Below are positions 8,694 to 19,400 of a DNA stretch of 64,000 bases, in pieces. The stretch's first letter is position 1. Each line of letters starts with the position of its first letter. The translations under genes and the position numbers were made by a program. The notes beneath the pieces are model-generated. The model had not been told where the DNA came from, made no database searches, and worked only from the letters and a program-made list of their open reading frames with translations. This DNA is from an uncultured archaeon (lineage in GTDB: Archaea > Iainarchaeota > Iainarchaeia > Iainarchaeales > GCA-2688035): the NCBI GenBank assembly GCA_964354805.1, contig CAYHBD010000042.1:1-64000 (forward strand), read 5' to 3'.

Positions 8694-10910
8694 TTAAGCC
8701 TGTTCGCTTTGATCATAAAAAAGGTTGGCATCATAGCTGCCTGCCGGCTGCAGGTTAGGCATATCCAGCCAAAGATACAACCAAAAAGTATTGCTGTCAG
8801 GATAAATGCCCCTGTGGAAAGAGGGTGCAATAGTATCAGTGCCGCCGGTGAAAGGAGTGCTGCCGGCAGCATTATCAGAGAGATGCCAGCTCTGGTTGCC
8901 ATCACCAATCATATACTGCATATTAAAAGATTCGTAAGGAAGCGCATTGAAATCACTGCCCTTGCCAGTAACACTCAAACTCACATTGCCGTTATTAGTA
9001 GTGACAATGTACGCATTGGGAGTACTGGCATTATCAAAAGCATTATCAGTGGTATTAGAGGTGCCGCTGTAAGTGCCGCTGCTTGTATCCTCGCTTCTGG
9101 TAATAATCTTGCTTAAGGTCAGGGCATTTCGGTCAACAGCATTCATGTCATAGGCGCCTATGTTATCATCAACAGCAACATAAATATTCACATCGCCCCA
9201 CAAAAACTTATTGCTCCAAGCGGCATTAGGCACCTTAATGCAATACACGTTTCCGCTCTGAACACAGCCATCGCTCGTTCCCAGGCTCAAATTGTCATCA
9301 GCCTTATTCAAATACATGCTATTGTGGTCCCAATCCTCTGCTGTAGAATTCAAATCACCGTAAGTAAAAACAGTGACCCTAAAACTCTGCGTGTTAACAT
9401 CACTAGCGCCATTCGGATCAGTAACAGTAACCTCCAAAGTAAAAGCCTGGGCAGCAGAAAAACTCTTAGTAATATCACAAGTGCCGTCACAAATCCTAAT
9501 ACCTGCAACAGTGGGTGGCGAATTTTCAAAGCCGTAAATGCATCCGAGCTCTGACGCATAAGTGCTTGAAGTGCCCCTGCCAACATAGCCCTGCTCTACT
9601 GAAACCCTTGTTTGGAAAGAAGTGCTGCTTGTAGTGCCCCCGGCATAAGGAAAGCAGAACTTGTTCTGGTCAATGTTGAAGTTTGATGCAGGGGGCTCGC
9701 CCTGCGGCGTATAACTTACAGCCATGTTCCATAAGTGCCCGAATATTCCCTTGTCAGAATCGCCTGTTCTGATTGGGTTCCATTGCTGTTTGTTTGTATC
9801 AAAGTTTGCCCTGTATTGAAAGTAGCGGTTGTTTGCTGCGCTTAAATTGCAGGCGCTTGCAGTGCATGCCCTCAAGCCGGTTGTCCAGCTTTCGCTATCG
9901 CAGGCAGCGTCATCGCATGAACGGTAATCCACTACCACATTATTATTCACATCTGCCAGTTGCTGCCATTGAATGTTGTCCCATTGGACTGTTGCACCGG
10001 CATCTTTGATTGGCGAATTATAGTTGCTGTTCATCCAGGAATTGTAGTCTGCATAGATTTCTGCTGCACTTAAGGCTCTGTTGTAGATTTTTATTTCGTC
10101 AATATAACCGCTATAGTCATAAGATGCGCTGGCATAACCTCTTCCAAATTTAAGAGTGGCGTTATTGATTTCTGGTTTTCTTGTTTCTTCAAGGGGCGTG
10201 CCGTTTACGTTTCCATCAACATAAATAGTTATGGTGCTTCCGTCTAATGTTGTGGCAATATGCTGCCACTTATTGGCAACAAGCGCATTGTTAGCGGTGA
10301 AAGCTGTAATAATGTTATTTCCGTCTCCCACAACAACTCTTAATCTGTTATTTGTGCTTGTTATCATGTCAAAACTTTCGGTAGTTACACCGCCACCGTC
10401 TGCTCTGCTGATAATTCCTTGATTGGTTGCGGTTGAAAGCGGGTAAATCCATGCTGAAACGGTTAATACGCCTGAATTAAAATCCTGCTGCAGGCTCGCT
10501 GTGCTTAAAATATTGACGTAAGTATTGCTGGCAGCAGCAAAATAGCCCGCATTGCTATCCCACATTCCCCAGGCGTTGATGTCAGCGCCGTTTATAAGCA
10601 ATCCCCAGTTATTGCGGTTTGTGTCATCCCTTATTCCATTGCCTGTTGAATTCACATCGTCAAACTTCCAGTAGCCAACAAGGTTTTGGTCGTAGAATGC
10701 TTGGTCTAAATCATTATGCTTCCTGTCATCTCCAACAGGCATAATGTTTCCATCCCAAGTAACCTTTGTCCAGTTGAAATCAAAGCTTGCTCCTGTATTG
10801 TAATCGCTCGCTGCTGTTGACTGCCATGTTGCTGCTTGAATGTTTAGGGAAATTAAAATCAATATTAATAAAATCAGCGAAAACAGCAGTGCTTTTTTTT
10901 TAATTAGCAT
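8694..10910 (-). CDS. Secreted LamG (concanavalin-like) domain surface protein
   Basis: Signal peptide; LVGYWKFD...TVSAWIYP...WQHIATT...IYVDG...GYIDEIKIYNRALS is the LamG-like signature. Confidence 0.88.
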   Translation of the reverse strand: MLIKKKALLFSLILLILILISLNIQAATWQSTAASDYNTGASFDFNWTKVTWDGNIMPVGDDRKHNDLDQAFYDQNLVGYWKFDDVNSTGNGIRDDTNRNNWGLLINGADINAWGMWDSNAGYFAAASNTYVNILSTASLQQDFNSGVLTVSAWIYPLSTATNQGIISRADGGGVTTESFDMITSTNNRLRVVVGDGNNIITAFTANNALVANKWQHIATTLDGSTITIYVDGNVNGTPLEETRKPEINNATLKFGRGYASASYDYSGYIDEIKIYNRALSAAEIYADYNSWMNSNYNSPIKDAGATVQWDNIQWQQLADVNNNVVVDYRSCDDAACDSESWTTGLRACTASACNLSAANNRYFQYRANFDTNKQQWNPIRTGDSDKGIFGHLWNMAVSYTPQGEPPASNFNIDQNKFCFPYAGGTTSSTSFQTRVSVEQGYVGRGTSSTYASELGCIYGFENSPPTVAGIRICDGTCDITKSFSAAQAFTLEVTVTDPNGASDVNTQSFRVTVFTYGDLNSTAEDWDHNSMYLNKADDNLSLGTSDGCVQSGNVYCIKVPNAAWSNKFLWGDVNIYVAVDDNIGAYDMNAVDRNALTLSKIITRSEDTSSGTYSGTSNTTDNAFDNASTPNAYIVTTNNGNVSLSVTGKGSDFNALPYESFNMQYMIGDGNQSWHLSDNAAGSTPFTGGTDTIAPSFHRGIYPDSNTFWLYLWLDMPNLQPAGSYDANLFYDQSEQA

Positions 10911-11063
10911 TTAATCACCCTGAAACCACAATCCCTTTGCTGCAAAACAGCAATTCAAGCATTTTTAGCTATTAGAATTAACCACCAAAAGAAATAAAAG
11001 AAATAGAAGTATTCAATTATTGCTTGAAATACTTAAATGAATGCATACCCTTTTGCGCTGCCC

Positions 11064-11402
11064 TTATTGCTGCTGCTGTTGCAGGCAGATCGGCAGGCCA
11101 TAAACATTGCCCTGCGCGTCCTGCTGCCAGTAAACGCTGCTCCGCAAGCCCATGCCCTCGCAGAACCTGCTCAGGACAATGCTTGCCATAATGTCCTCCC
11201 TGTTCAGGTCAGCTGTTGTGAGATAGCCTGTCCCAATGCCCCGATTGTCCAGGTCTGCGCTTGTAAGATAGCCCATTGGCGCATTGCCTGAAATGTTTGC
11301 CGGCGCAACCATGCTTAATGTGTAGCCTATCGCAATTCCGATCAGGGCAATCGCAAAAACCCTTGCAATTCTCTTGCCTTCCATGTTGATTTCAATCTTC
11401 AC
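11064..11402 (-). CDS. Small membrane-anchored hypothetical protein
   Basis: 112 aa, N-terminal TM, internal GYLTxADL repeat, GGGGG SD-like motif upstream. Confidence 0.65.
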   Translation of the reverse strand: MKIEINMEGKRIARVFAIALIGIAIGYTLSMVAPANISGNAPMGYLTSADLDNRGIGTGYLTTADLNREDIMASIVLSRFCEGMGLRSSVYWQQDAQGNVYGLPICLQQQQQ

Positions 11403-11691
11403 CCAAAAAACCCCCTAATTTTTTTATTGCATTCCTGCAATTAATTGCTTATTAATTTTTCCTGCGCTTGTTTTTATTAAGCTTTCTTTTTTCTTTGATT
11501 CAGCTGCCAAAATTATTTTTACAAATAAGCAGCCCAAATAAAAACCATTAAATTGCTGCAGAATTGCCATAAAAAAAATAAGAAAAGAAAGAAAAGCTGC
11601 GAATTAATAAAAGGCAAATGCTACACCAAATTGCAACAAAATATATAAAATGTTACGTTTTAGTGTAACAAATTAATCCCGCCTCCAACTA

Positions 11692-11872
11692 TCAGCAGCC
11701 GGAAACGAAAGCCGAGGAATTGAAACATTTGCCGCTGCCCGCAATCCAATGCCGACTACCAAAAACTACAGCCCGACAATCGCCTCTGTCAGAAATCTAC
11801 CCCTCAGCTTCCAAACACGAAAGCTGTGCCATTATAGTCAATGTACATCTCGCAGCTGTTCGAAGGGAAACA
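11692..11872 (-). repeat. Diverged ~180-bp direct repeat of the 3' end and downstream region of the giant gene (partner 13385-13562)
   Basis: 11804-11872 encodes CFPSNSCEMYIDYNGTAFVFGS*, the same peptide as 13494-13562, with 8 third-position differences. Confidence 0.92.
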
Positions 11873-12047
11873 AAACGTATTCTGCCGCAAGCAAAGGCAG
11901 CAACTGCCAATGGCGCCAATGGCAAAAAAATTTTTTGAACCAGTGCTGCTGCCGGCAGTTTCCACGGCAATCCTCGTTTTTTAGCAAAAATTAAGCTAAC
12001 AGCGGATAACGAAAAGTTTAAATATTGGTTATCTATAAATAACTAAT

Positions 12048-13316
12048 ATGTTGACTTTGGATAAACTGGGTGAAATGAATGGCTGGTGGAAGATCGGCAC
12101 GGTTAGGAAACAGCTTGCCCCGCCCTTCAGGAGAAAGTTATTTTTTGAAACAAGAAAATACGTTAAACTAAGGCAGATAACAGCCATTGTTGGGTTAAGG
12201 CGAACAGGCAAAACAACTTTGTTTTTTCAACTTATAGAGGACTTGATTAAAAGTGGCGTTAATTCAAGCAGCATCTTGTATTTTTCTTTTGATGAAAGAG
12301 TTGAAGAATTGAGGGAGTTGATAAATCTTTACCAGGAGAACATACTTAAAAAAGATATTGGGGGGAAAAAAATTTACGTTTTTTTAGACGAAATCCAAAA
12401 GTTAAAAGATTGGCAAAACAAAATTAAAATATATTACGATTTATACCCAAACATTAAATTTTTTGTTTCTGGTTCAGCTTCGCTAAATATTTTGGTTGAC
12501 GCAAAAGAGAGTCTAGCTGGCAGGATCTTCTATTTTAATCTCGGTGTCCTTTCATTTGCCGAGTTTTTGCAGCTAAGAGGAAAAGACATCAAAAAGATTA
12601 AAGAAAACGTTGACCTGTGGAAACATGAACTCAGGGTGGAACTAAACGATTTTTTGCTAAAACCGTTCCCGGAAATTATTAATGCAAACGACGAGATAGC
12701 AAAAAAATACATAAAAGAAAGCGTAATAGAAAAAGCGATATTCAGGGATTTAAGCAGTTTGTTTGAAATTAAAGATATTGAACTCATAGAAAAACTCATT
12801 TACATTTTAGCATCAAATCCCGGCATGATAGTCAATCTTGACGATTTGTCAAAAGATTTGGGCAGAAGCAGGCAAGTGATAAGCAACTATCTTTATTATT
12901 TGCAGCATTGTTTTATTTTAAACGCTTTAAGAAACTTCAGGGGCTCCTTTAAAGCGTCTTCAAGAAAATTAAAAAGATATTACCTAAGCCACCCTTGCCT
13001 TGCGCTGGCCCTAGCCTCCCCTGAGCAAGGAAAAACAATGGAGAACCTTGTCCAATTCGCCATTAAAGCGGATCACTTCTGGAGAGAACAAAACAAAGAA
13101 GTCGATTTCATAGTAACAGAAGACAAAAAAATTACGCCAATTGAAGTTAAATACGCCGCAAAAGTTAGAATGAAAGATGTTAAAAACCTCGTAAAATTCA
13201 TGCAAGAGCATAAAATTAAGAAAGGCATTGTTATCACTGAAGACTTCGACGCAGTCCAGAGACACAAAAATAAAATAATAAAATTTGTGCCCATGTGGAA
13301 ATGGCTGCTAACTTGA
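12048..13316 (+). CDS. AAA+ superfamily ATPase (AAA_14 + DUF4143 / PD-(D/E)xK-like C-terminus)
   Basis: Walker A GLRRTGKT, Walker B FLDEIQ, SGS motif, C-terminal EVDF...PIEVK; AT-richer than flanks. Confidence 0.9.
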   Translation: MLTLDKLGEMNGWWKIGTVRKQLAPPFRRKLFFETRKYVKLRQITAIVGLRRTGKTTLFFQLIEDLIKSGVNSSSILYFSFDERVEELRELINLYQENILKKDIGGKKIYVFLDEIQKLKDWQNKIKIYYDLYPNIKFFVSGSASLNILVDAKESLAGRIFYFNLGVLSFAEFLQLRGKDIKKIKENVDLWKHELRVELNDFLLKPFPEIINANDEIAKKYIKESVIEKAIFRDLSSLFEIKDIELIEKLIYILASNPGMIVNLDDLSKDLGRSRQVISNYLYYLQHCFILNALRNFRGSFKASSRKLKRYYLSHPCLALALASPEQGKTMENLVQFAIKADHFWREQNKEVDFIVTEDKKITPIEVKYAAKVRMKDVKNLVKFMQEHKIKKGIVITEDFDAVQRHKNKIIKFVPMWKWLLT

Positions 13317-13493
13317 CTCACAATGTTTGACTGAGGGCAAGCCAATTTAACGCGCCAAAAATCCAATGACGTTATCGTTTGCCATCAGCCCCTGAAAAGG
13401 AAAGCCGCGCAGTTGAAGCATTTATCGCTGCCCGCAATCCAATGTCGACTACCAAAAACTACAGCCCCAACCGCTTCTGCCAGAAATCTGCCT

Positions 13494-16400
13494 TCAGCTC
13501 CCGAAAACGAAAGCCGTTCCGTTGTAGTCAATGTACATCTCGCAGCTGTTCGAAGGGAAGCAAAGCCTGTTCACATCACTCTGAATACTCACGCCCCTAT
13601 TGACTCCAATTGAAACATTGACATCGCTGGCAATCTGCAGAGATGGGCTGCCTAACAGCGTTCCAGTGATTGACGCGTTTCTCATTACGTTTAGGTCTCT
13701 TGCAACATTAACATCCCTGCTCAACACAACACTGTAAGGAGTCTCATTAATGGCATTATAACCAATAGCAACAGAACCAACACCAATAGCAGCAAGATTC
13801 ACATCACTATAACCCAAAGCAATTGAATAATCGCCAATCGCAAAAGGACCCTTGCCCCCTGCTCCGTAGCCACCTGCAATTGCCCCTTGACCAGCAGCCC
13901 TTGAATAATAACCCAAAGCAGCGCTATAAGCTCCACTTGCAATTGTACTATAGCCCATTGCAATGCTATAGGCACTACTTGCAGTTGTAATATAGCCCAT
14001 TGCAACACCATAATTCCCACTTGCAATTGTATTATAGCCCATTGCGACACTGCCCTGTCCACTTGCAGTTGACTCCCAACCTAAAGCAGCGCTATAGTCC
14101 CCAAACGCTGTTGTTCCATGACCCAAAGCAACCGCGTTTACACCATAAGCGCTGTTTGCGTCCTTGGAAACAAACCTAACGCCATTGATACGCATGGCAT
14201 TCAAATCAGAAGCCTTCAAAGCGAAAGAACCCAAATTCACATCATAGTCAGCGCCGATGTAAGGAACAAAAGCAGCATTCACATCAGACTGACTTGGAAT
14301 GCCAGTTAGAGCTGCACCACTACCAAAGAAAGCAACAGCACTAACAGACCTAGCATTCAAATCCCTAAAATTCAAATTCACATCATAATCAGCACCAATG
14401 TAAGGAACAAAAGCAGCATTAACATCTGTTTGAGTTGGAATGCCAGTCAAACCAGCACCAGAACCAAAGAATGCCACTGCACTAATCGACCTCGCATTCA
14501 AATCATGGAAATTCAAATTCACATCATAATCAGCCCCAATATAAGGAACAAAATGATTGTTGACGTCCAACTTCCCATAGAAATTATTATTCAAATCCAC
14601 CTTACCATAAAAGTGAGCGTTAACATCAGTCTTCTTGTAATAGAAAGTGTTTAAGTCAATCAAGCTCTCAAAATGCCTATTCACATCCAACTTACCATAA
14701 AAATTAGCATTAATATCAGCCTGAGTAGGAATACCAGTCAAAGAAGCACCAGAACCAAAGTATCTTGTTGCGGTAACGCTTGCCAGATTGCTATCGCTTG
14801 TTGCACTTAAAGTTGCTGTTGTAACCGCCCCGGCTGATGTGTTAAAGCTGCCGGTGCCGGTTGAAAGGCTTGTGCCTCCTAAGTCAATTAAGTCTGAGCT
14901 GTCAGTAATTGAACCACTCCCAAGGCTCAGTGTTCCCAAAAATATATTTTCAGCACTAACAGACCTAGCATTCAAATCCCTAAAATTCAAATTCACATCA
15001 TAGTCCGCACCAACATAAGGAACAAACTGGTTATTCACATCCAGCTTGCCGTAAAAGTTGGCATTAATATCTGTTTGAGTAGGAATACCAGTCAAAGAAG
15101 CACCAGAACCAAAGAATGCCACTGCACTAATCGACCTAGCATTCAAATCCCTAAAATTCAAATTCACATCATAGTCCCCACCAACATAAGGAACAAAGTG
15201 AGCATTCACATCCAACTTACCATACCAACCAGCATTAACATCAAGCTTGCCATAAAAGCCAGCATTGACATCAGTTTTCTTGTAATAGAAAGTGTTTAAG
15301 TCAATCAAGCTCTCAAAATGCCTATTAACATCCAACTTACCATAAAAGTTCGCGTTAATATCAGTCTGAGTAGGAATACCAGTCAAAGAAGCACCAGAAC
15401 CAAAGAAACGAACAGCACTTATAGACCTAGCATTCAAATCCCTAAAATTCAAATTCACATCATAATCAGCCCCAACATACGGAACAAAAGCAGCATTAAT
15501 ATCAGTCTGACTTGGAATGCCAGTCAAACCAGCACCGCTGCCAAAATATTGCCTTGCATACAAGGCATTGAAATTGCTGTCAGAACTGAAAGACTTGATT
15601 CCATAAATCCCCAAATTCATGTCCTTTGTTGCACCAATGTATGGAACAAAGTGCGCGTTAACATCCAGCTTTCCATAGAAATTTGCATTCAAATCCACTT
15701 TGCCATAAAAGTGTGCGTTGACATCCGCTGCCTTGTAGTAGAAAGCATTCAGGTCTGCTATGCTGTGGTACCATTTGTTGAAGTCGTTGAAGCCCATGAA
15801 AGCATTCAAGTCAATGCCCATTGTTTTTCGTGAAACAAATGCGCTGCCGATCGAGCTGAACCTGATTAAAGGCGTTTGCTCCTCTCCGTTGACATACATT
15901 CCAAGCCAGGTGTTTGCATTGAAGTCAAGGCTGCTCAGCCAGCGCTGCTTGTTCAGGTCGCCCAAAACAACGCTAAAAATTCCATTGCTGACATTCACTA
16001 CCCTGGTTTCGCTCCACAGGATGTTCTTGGCTGCTTCATTTGAATCGTACAGAATGAAGTTAAAAGTGTAGTCGCCGCTTAAAGCGCTGCCGCTGCCGTC
16101 GGTAAGCCTTCCCTGCACAGTGAACAGCTCCGGAATAGCTGCCACAAGAGGTGAAAACGCAACCATGGCAAGAGCGAGCGCAATAAGCAAAGGCATTGTT
16201 CTGTTAAATGAAAAAAGGTTTTGACTTATACATAACATAGCTTTGTTTGTTCTGGAATTGCAGCCGCTTTTCTCCCCTGATTCGGATGCCTCCGTTTTGG
16301 TTTGGCTTCTTGCAACCACCCTTTCATTTACTGTTTTCTTCAGTTGGGAGATTGCGCCCAATATTCTCTTGATTGCATCCTCAGCCATGTTTCTTTCACC

Positions 16401-19400
16401 TCCAATGGCTTTTTTTGTCCTTAATGCAATTAATAAGATTGCATAAGCGAAAATGAAGCAGGCAAACGGCAATAGGTTCAGCTGCGTTTCTGCACTGCCT
16501 TTCCCGGCCTGTTTTGGGCTGGCAGCAAACAATGCTGCAAGCCCTGCCTGGTTTGCCTGCTTTTGCATTGCAATTTTTTCAACAAAGAACTGTTTTCTCT
16601 TTTCCGGGTGCACAATATAATAGCCCTCTGCCCCAAACTCCAATGTGCTGTAATCCAGGGGAGCATCGAATTGCAAATAATGCTCTTCCCCCTGCCGCAT
16701 TACCAGGTATTTATCGTCTGATTTTGCAAGAATGCTTTTGTCAGCGTAGCTTGCGCTGTCCAATTCAATTATTTTGTCATTGCTGCCGTCAGCCCTCAGG
16801 AAAACCCTGTCCAGATAGGTTGTTTCATCCAATTCCTCTGTTATTTTCAATTTTATTTTCCCTTCAACTGATACCTGCGTTGAGCTTATGTTTGTGAATG
16901 AGGTGTACTCTTTTTCTTTTGCCGCTGCGCCGGCAATGAAGTCCGAAACAAAAAAGTATTCTCCCTCTTTCAAAATGTAAATGAACGGCGATGCCCCTGT
17001 TTTGTGAATTATTACTTTTCCACCTTTTTCTAAAATTAATGAGCCTCCCGGATTCAATTGCGTGTAAGGATTTATTTTTTCTATTATAATTTTTTTCGCT
17101 GAAGGAACAGCAAGCGTTCCTGTACTAGTAATTGTAAGTTGGCCATTTGAAATGTGTAGATCGCCCGCATTCAGGCTGCATGTTGTTGAAAGAGTGCAGG
17201 CGCTGCCGTCTCCGATGTTCCAGTTTCCCGACGCAGGGCAATCGCAGGTTGTTGGCATTACTCCTGTCGGATTCACGTGGAAGCTGTTGTCGCTTGCGTC
17301 AAACTTGCTGTTGCCAGCAGTGTCTCTAACCAAAATGTTTGCAAAATAGTTGTTGTCACCAATTCCTGAAATATTCCAGTCATAGCTGCACTTTCTCATG
17401 TTGATTACCCCGAAATTATAGTCCAGGGAAATCTGCGATGCAGTTAAAGCACTTGCCAAATATACTTTTACTTCCTCAATGAGTCCTTTGAAGTAAAGGT
17501 TGGCTGCACTGCAAGCGCCAGGATTGTAACCTATTGCAAAAGGCTCGGCTGTGCTAGTGCCACCTGCCCAGGAAAAGCTTGAGGGGGTATCTAGCTTTCC
17601 ATTTATGTATATTGTGTATGCCCCGCTGCCGTTGTATGCAACAGCAAAGTGATACCATACATTTGAGCTCAAAGTACTGCTTGAAGCTACAAAGTTGCCA
17701 TACTCGCCATCATAGACCTTTAAGGCACTTGAATTTATTTGAATGCTTATTCCAGTGTTAGAGGTGTCATTGCACGCGTGATCCAAAATCGTTCCGTTTA
17801 ATGTAATATCATCTGCTTTAAACCAGCCCATCCAGGTGTAGGTGTAAGTGTCAATAAAATTTAAACTATTGCGTCCGCAATTGATAAAGTTATTCACTCC
17901 ATTAAACCATGCCGCATTTGTGTCCCATTTTCCTTGGGCATTGTTGTCTGCGCCGTTAATGTATTGCCCGTGGTTGCGCTGTCCGCTGTAATCAAATGCC
18001 CTTATTGTATTGACGTCATCTTCTTGGGCATCGAATTTCCAATAGCCATAAATGCTCGTAGTTTTGCCCAGATTTGTCACGCACCTGTTTCCATCAACGT
18101 CTAAATTTGTCCTTATCGCTGTCCCGCTTCCCTGCGTACTTGTAGTGCTGTAATTGATGTCGGCATAGTGTATGCCGTAATTAACGTCGCCTGTTGCAAC
18201 ATTGAAGTCAATCGTTAAATTGCCGTCAACGGAATAAGAGTAGGAAGGCATTGCAAAGCCAACATCGTGTCCATCAACATTCCAGACGTTTACATCGGGC
18301 ACAGTGTTATCAACAGCAAAGCTCTTCTGCGTTGTCACAGTATTAGAATCAACGCCGTCTTTTATCTCAATCGTAACCCAATAATTGTTGTCGGCTATGC
18401 CTGAAATATTCCAGTCCCATTGGCACACCATCCCTGTTTTTGCATTTGTATCACAGCTGCCAAAGCCAGCATTCGTGCTCAAATTGACGTCATTGATTAT
18501 TCTCGTTGTCTTTGCATTCGCGCTTGCCCCATACCACATATTAAAATTCAAATCATTGCTCTCATTATCATCAACCCTAAATTTTATCGCCAGATTCCCG
18601 TCTTTTACATAGCTGAATGCAGGCAGTGCTGCATTCAAATCCCAGTTGTCCACTTTCCAGATGTTTGCATCCGGAGCCCTGTTTACAATGACCCTGAAGC
18701 TTTTTTGCGTTGTTGCAGTGTTTGAGTCAGTTCCATCGTTGACTTCAATCGTAACCCAATAGTTGTTGTCAACAACAAACTGCCTGTGGATGTTGAAGTC
18801 CCATCGGCACACCATCCCTGTCGTTTTGCTGTTTGTATCGCATGCCCCCTTGATTGTGTTTGTGCTTAAATTTACGTCCCCAATTATTTTGTTCGTTTTA
18901 GCGTTTGCGCTCGTGCCATACCACATATTAAAATTCAGGTCTTGCGTGCCATCAAGATCACTAGTTCTAAACTTTATTGTAAGGTTCCCATCTGTTTCAT
19001 ATTTGAACTTTGGCAGTGCTGCGTTGAAGTCTCTATTGTCCACTTTCCAGATATTAACATCAGGCACATTGTTTGCCGGTCCAGCAGGAGGATTCACCCT
19101 GAAGCTCTTCTGCGTTGTCACAGTGTTTGTATCGCTGCCGTCGTTTATTTCAACCGTAACCCAGTAATTGTTGTCGGAAACACCGGAAATATTAAAATCC
19201 CAGTTGCAAACCATCCCACTCTTGCTGTTTGTGTCGCATGCCCCCTTGCTTGTGTTTGTGCTTAAATTTACGTCTCCAATTATTTTGTTTGTTTTACTGT
19301 TTGCGCTTATGCCATACCACATGTTGAAGTTCAAATCATCATTGTCCTGGTCTGTTGCCCTGAACTTGATTGTAAGGTTTCCGTCAGATGCATAAGTGAA

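Noticed and set aside
7448-9520. Diversity-generating retroelement TR/VR pair
   Set aside because: Differences involve all four bases rather than adenines only, both copies are coding, and no reverse transcriptase is in the window
11692-13562. DGR template repeat for the giant gene's C-terminus
   Set aside because: Differences in the coding part are purely synonymous and not adenine-specific
14200-15790. CRISPR array
   Set aside because: Repeats are in-frame protein modules with no unique spacers, and no cas genes are present
13494-16200. Prophage tail-fibre gene or provirus
   Set aside because: It has a signal peptide and lies among cellular surface genes; no capsid, terminase, portal or integrase was seen
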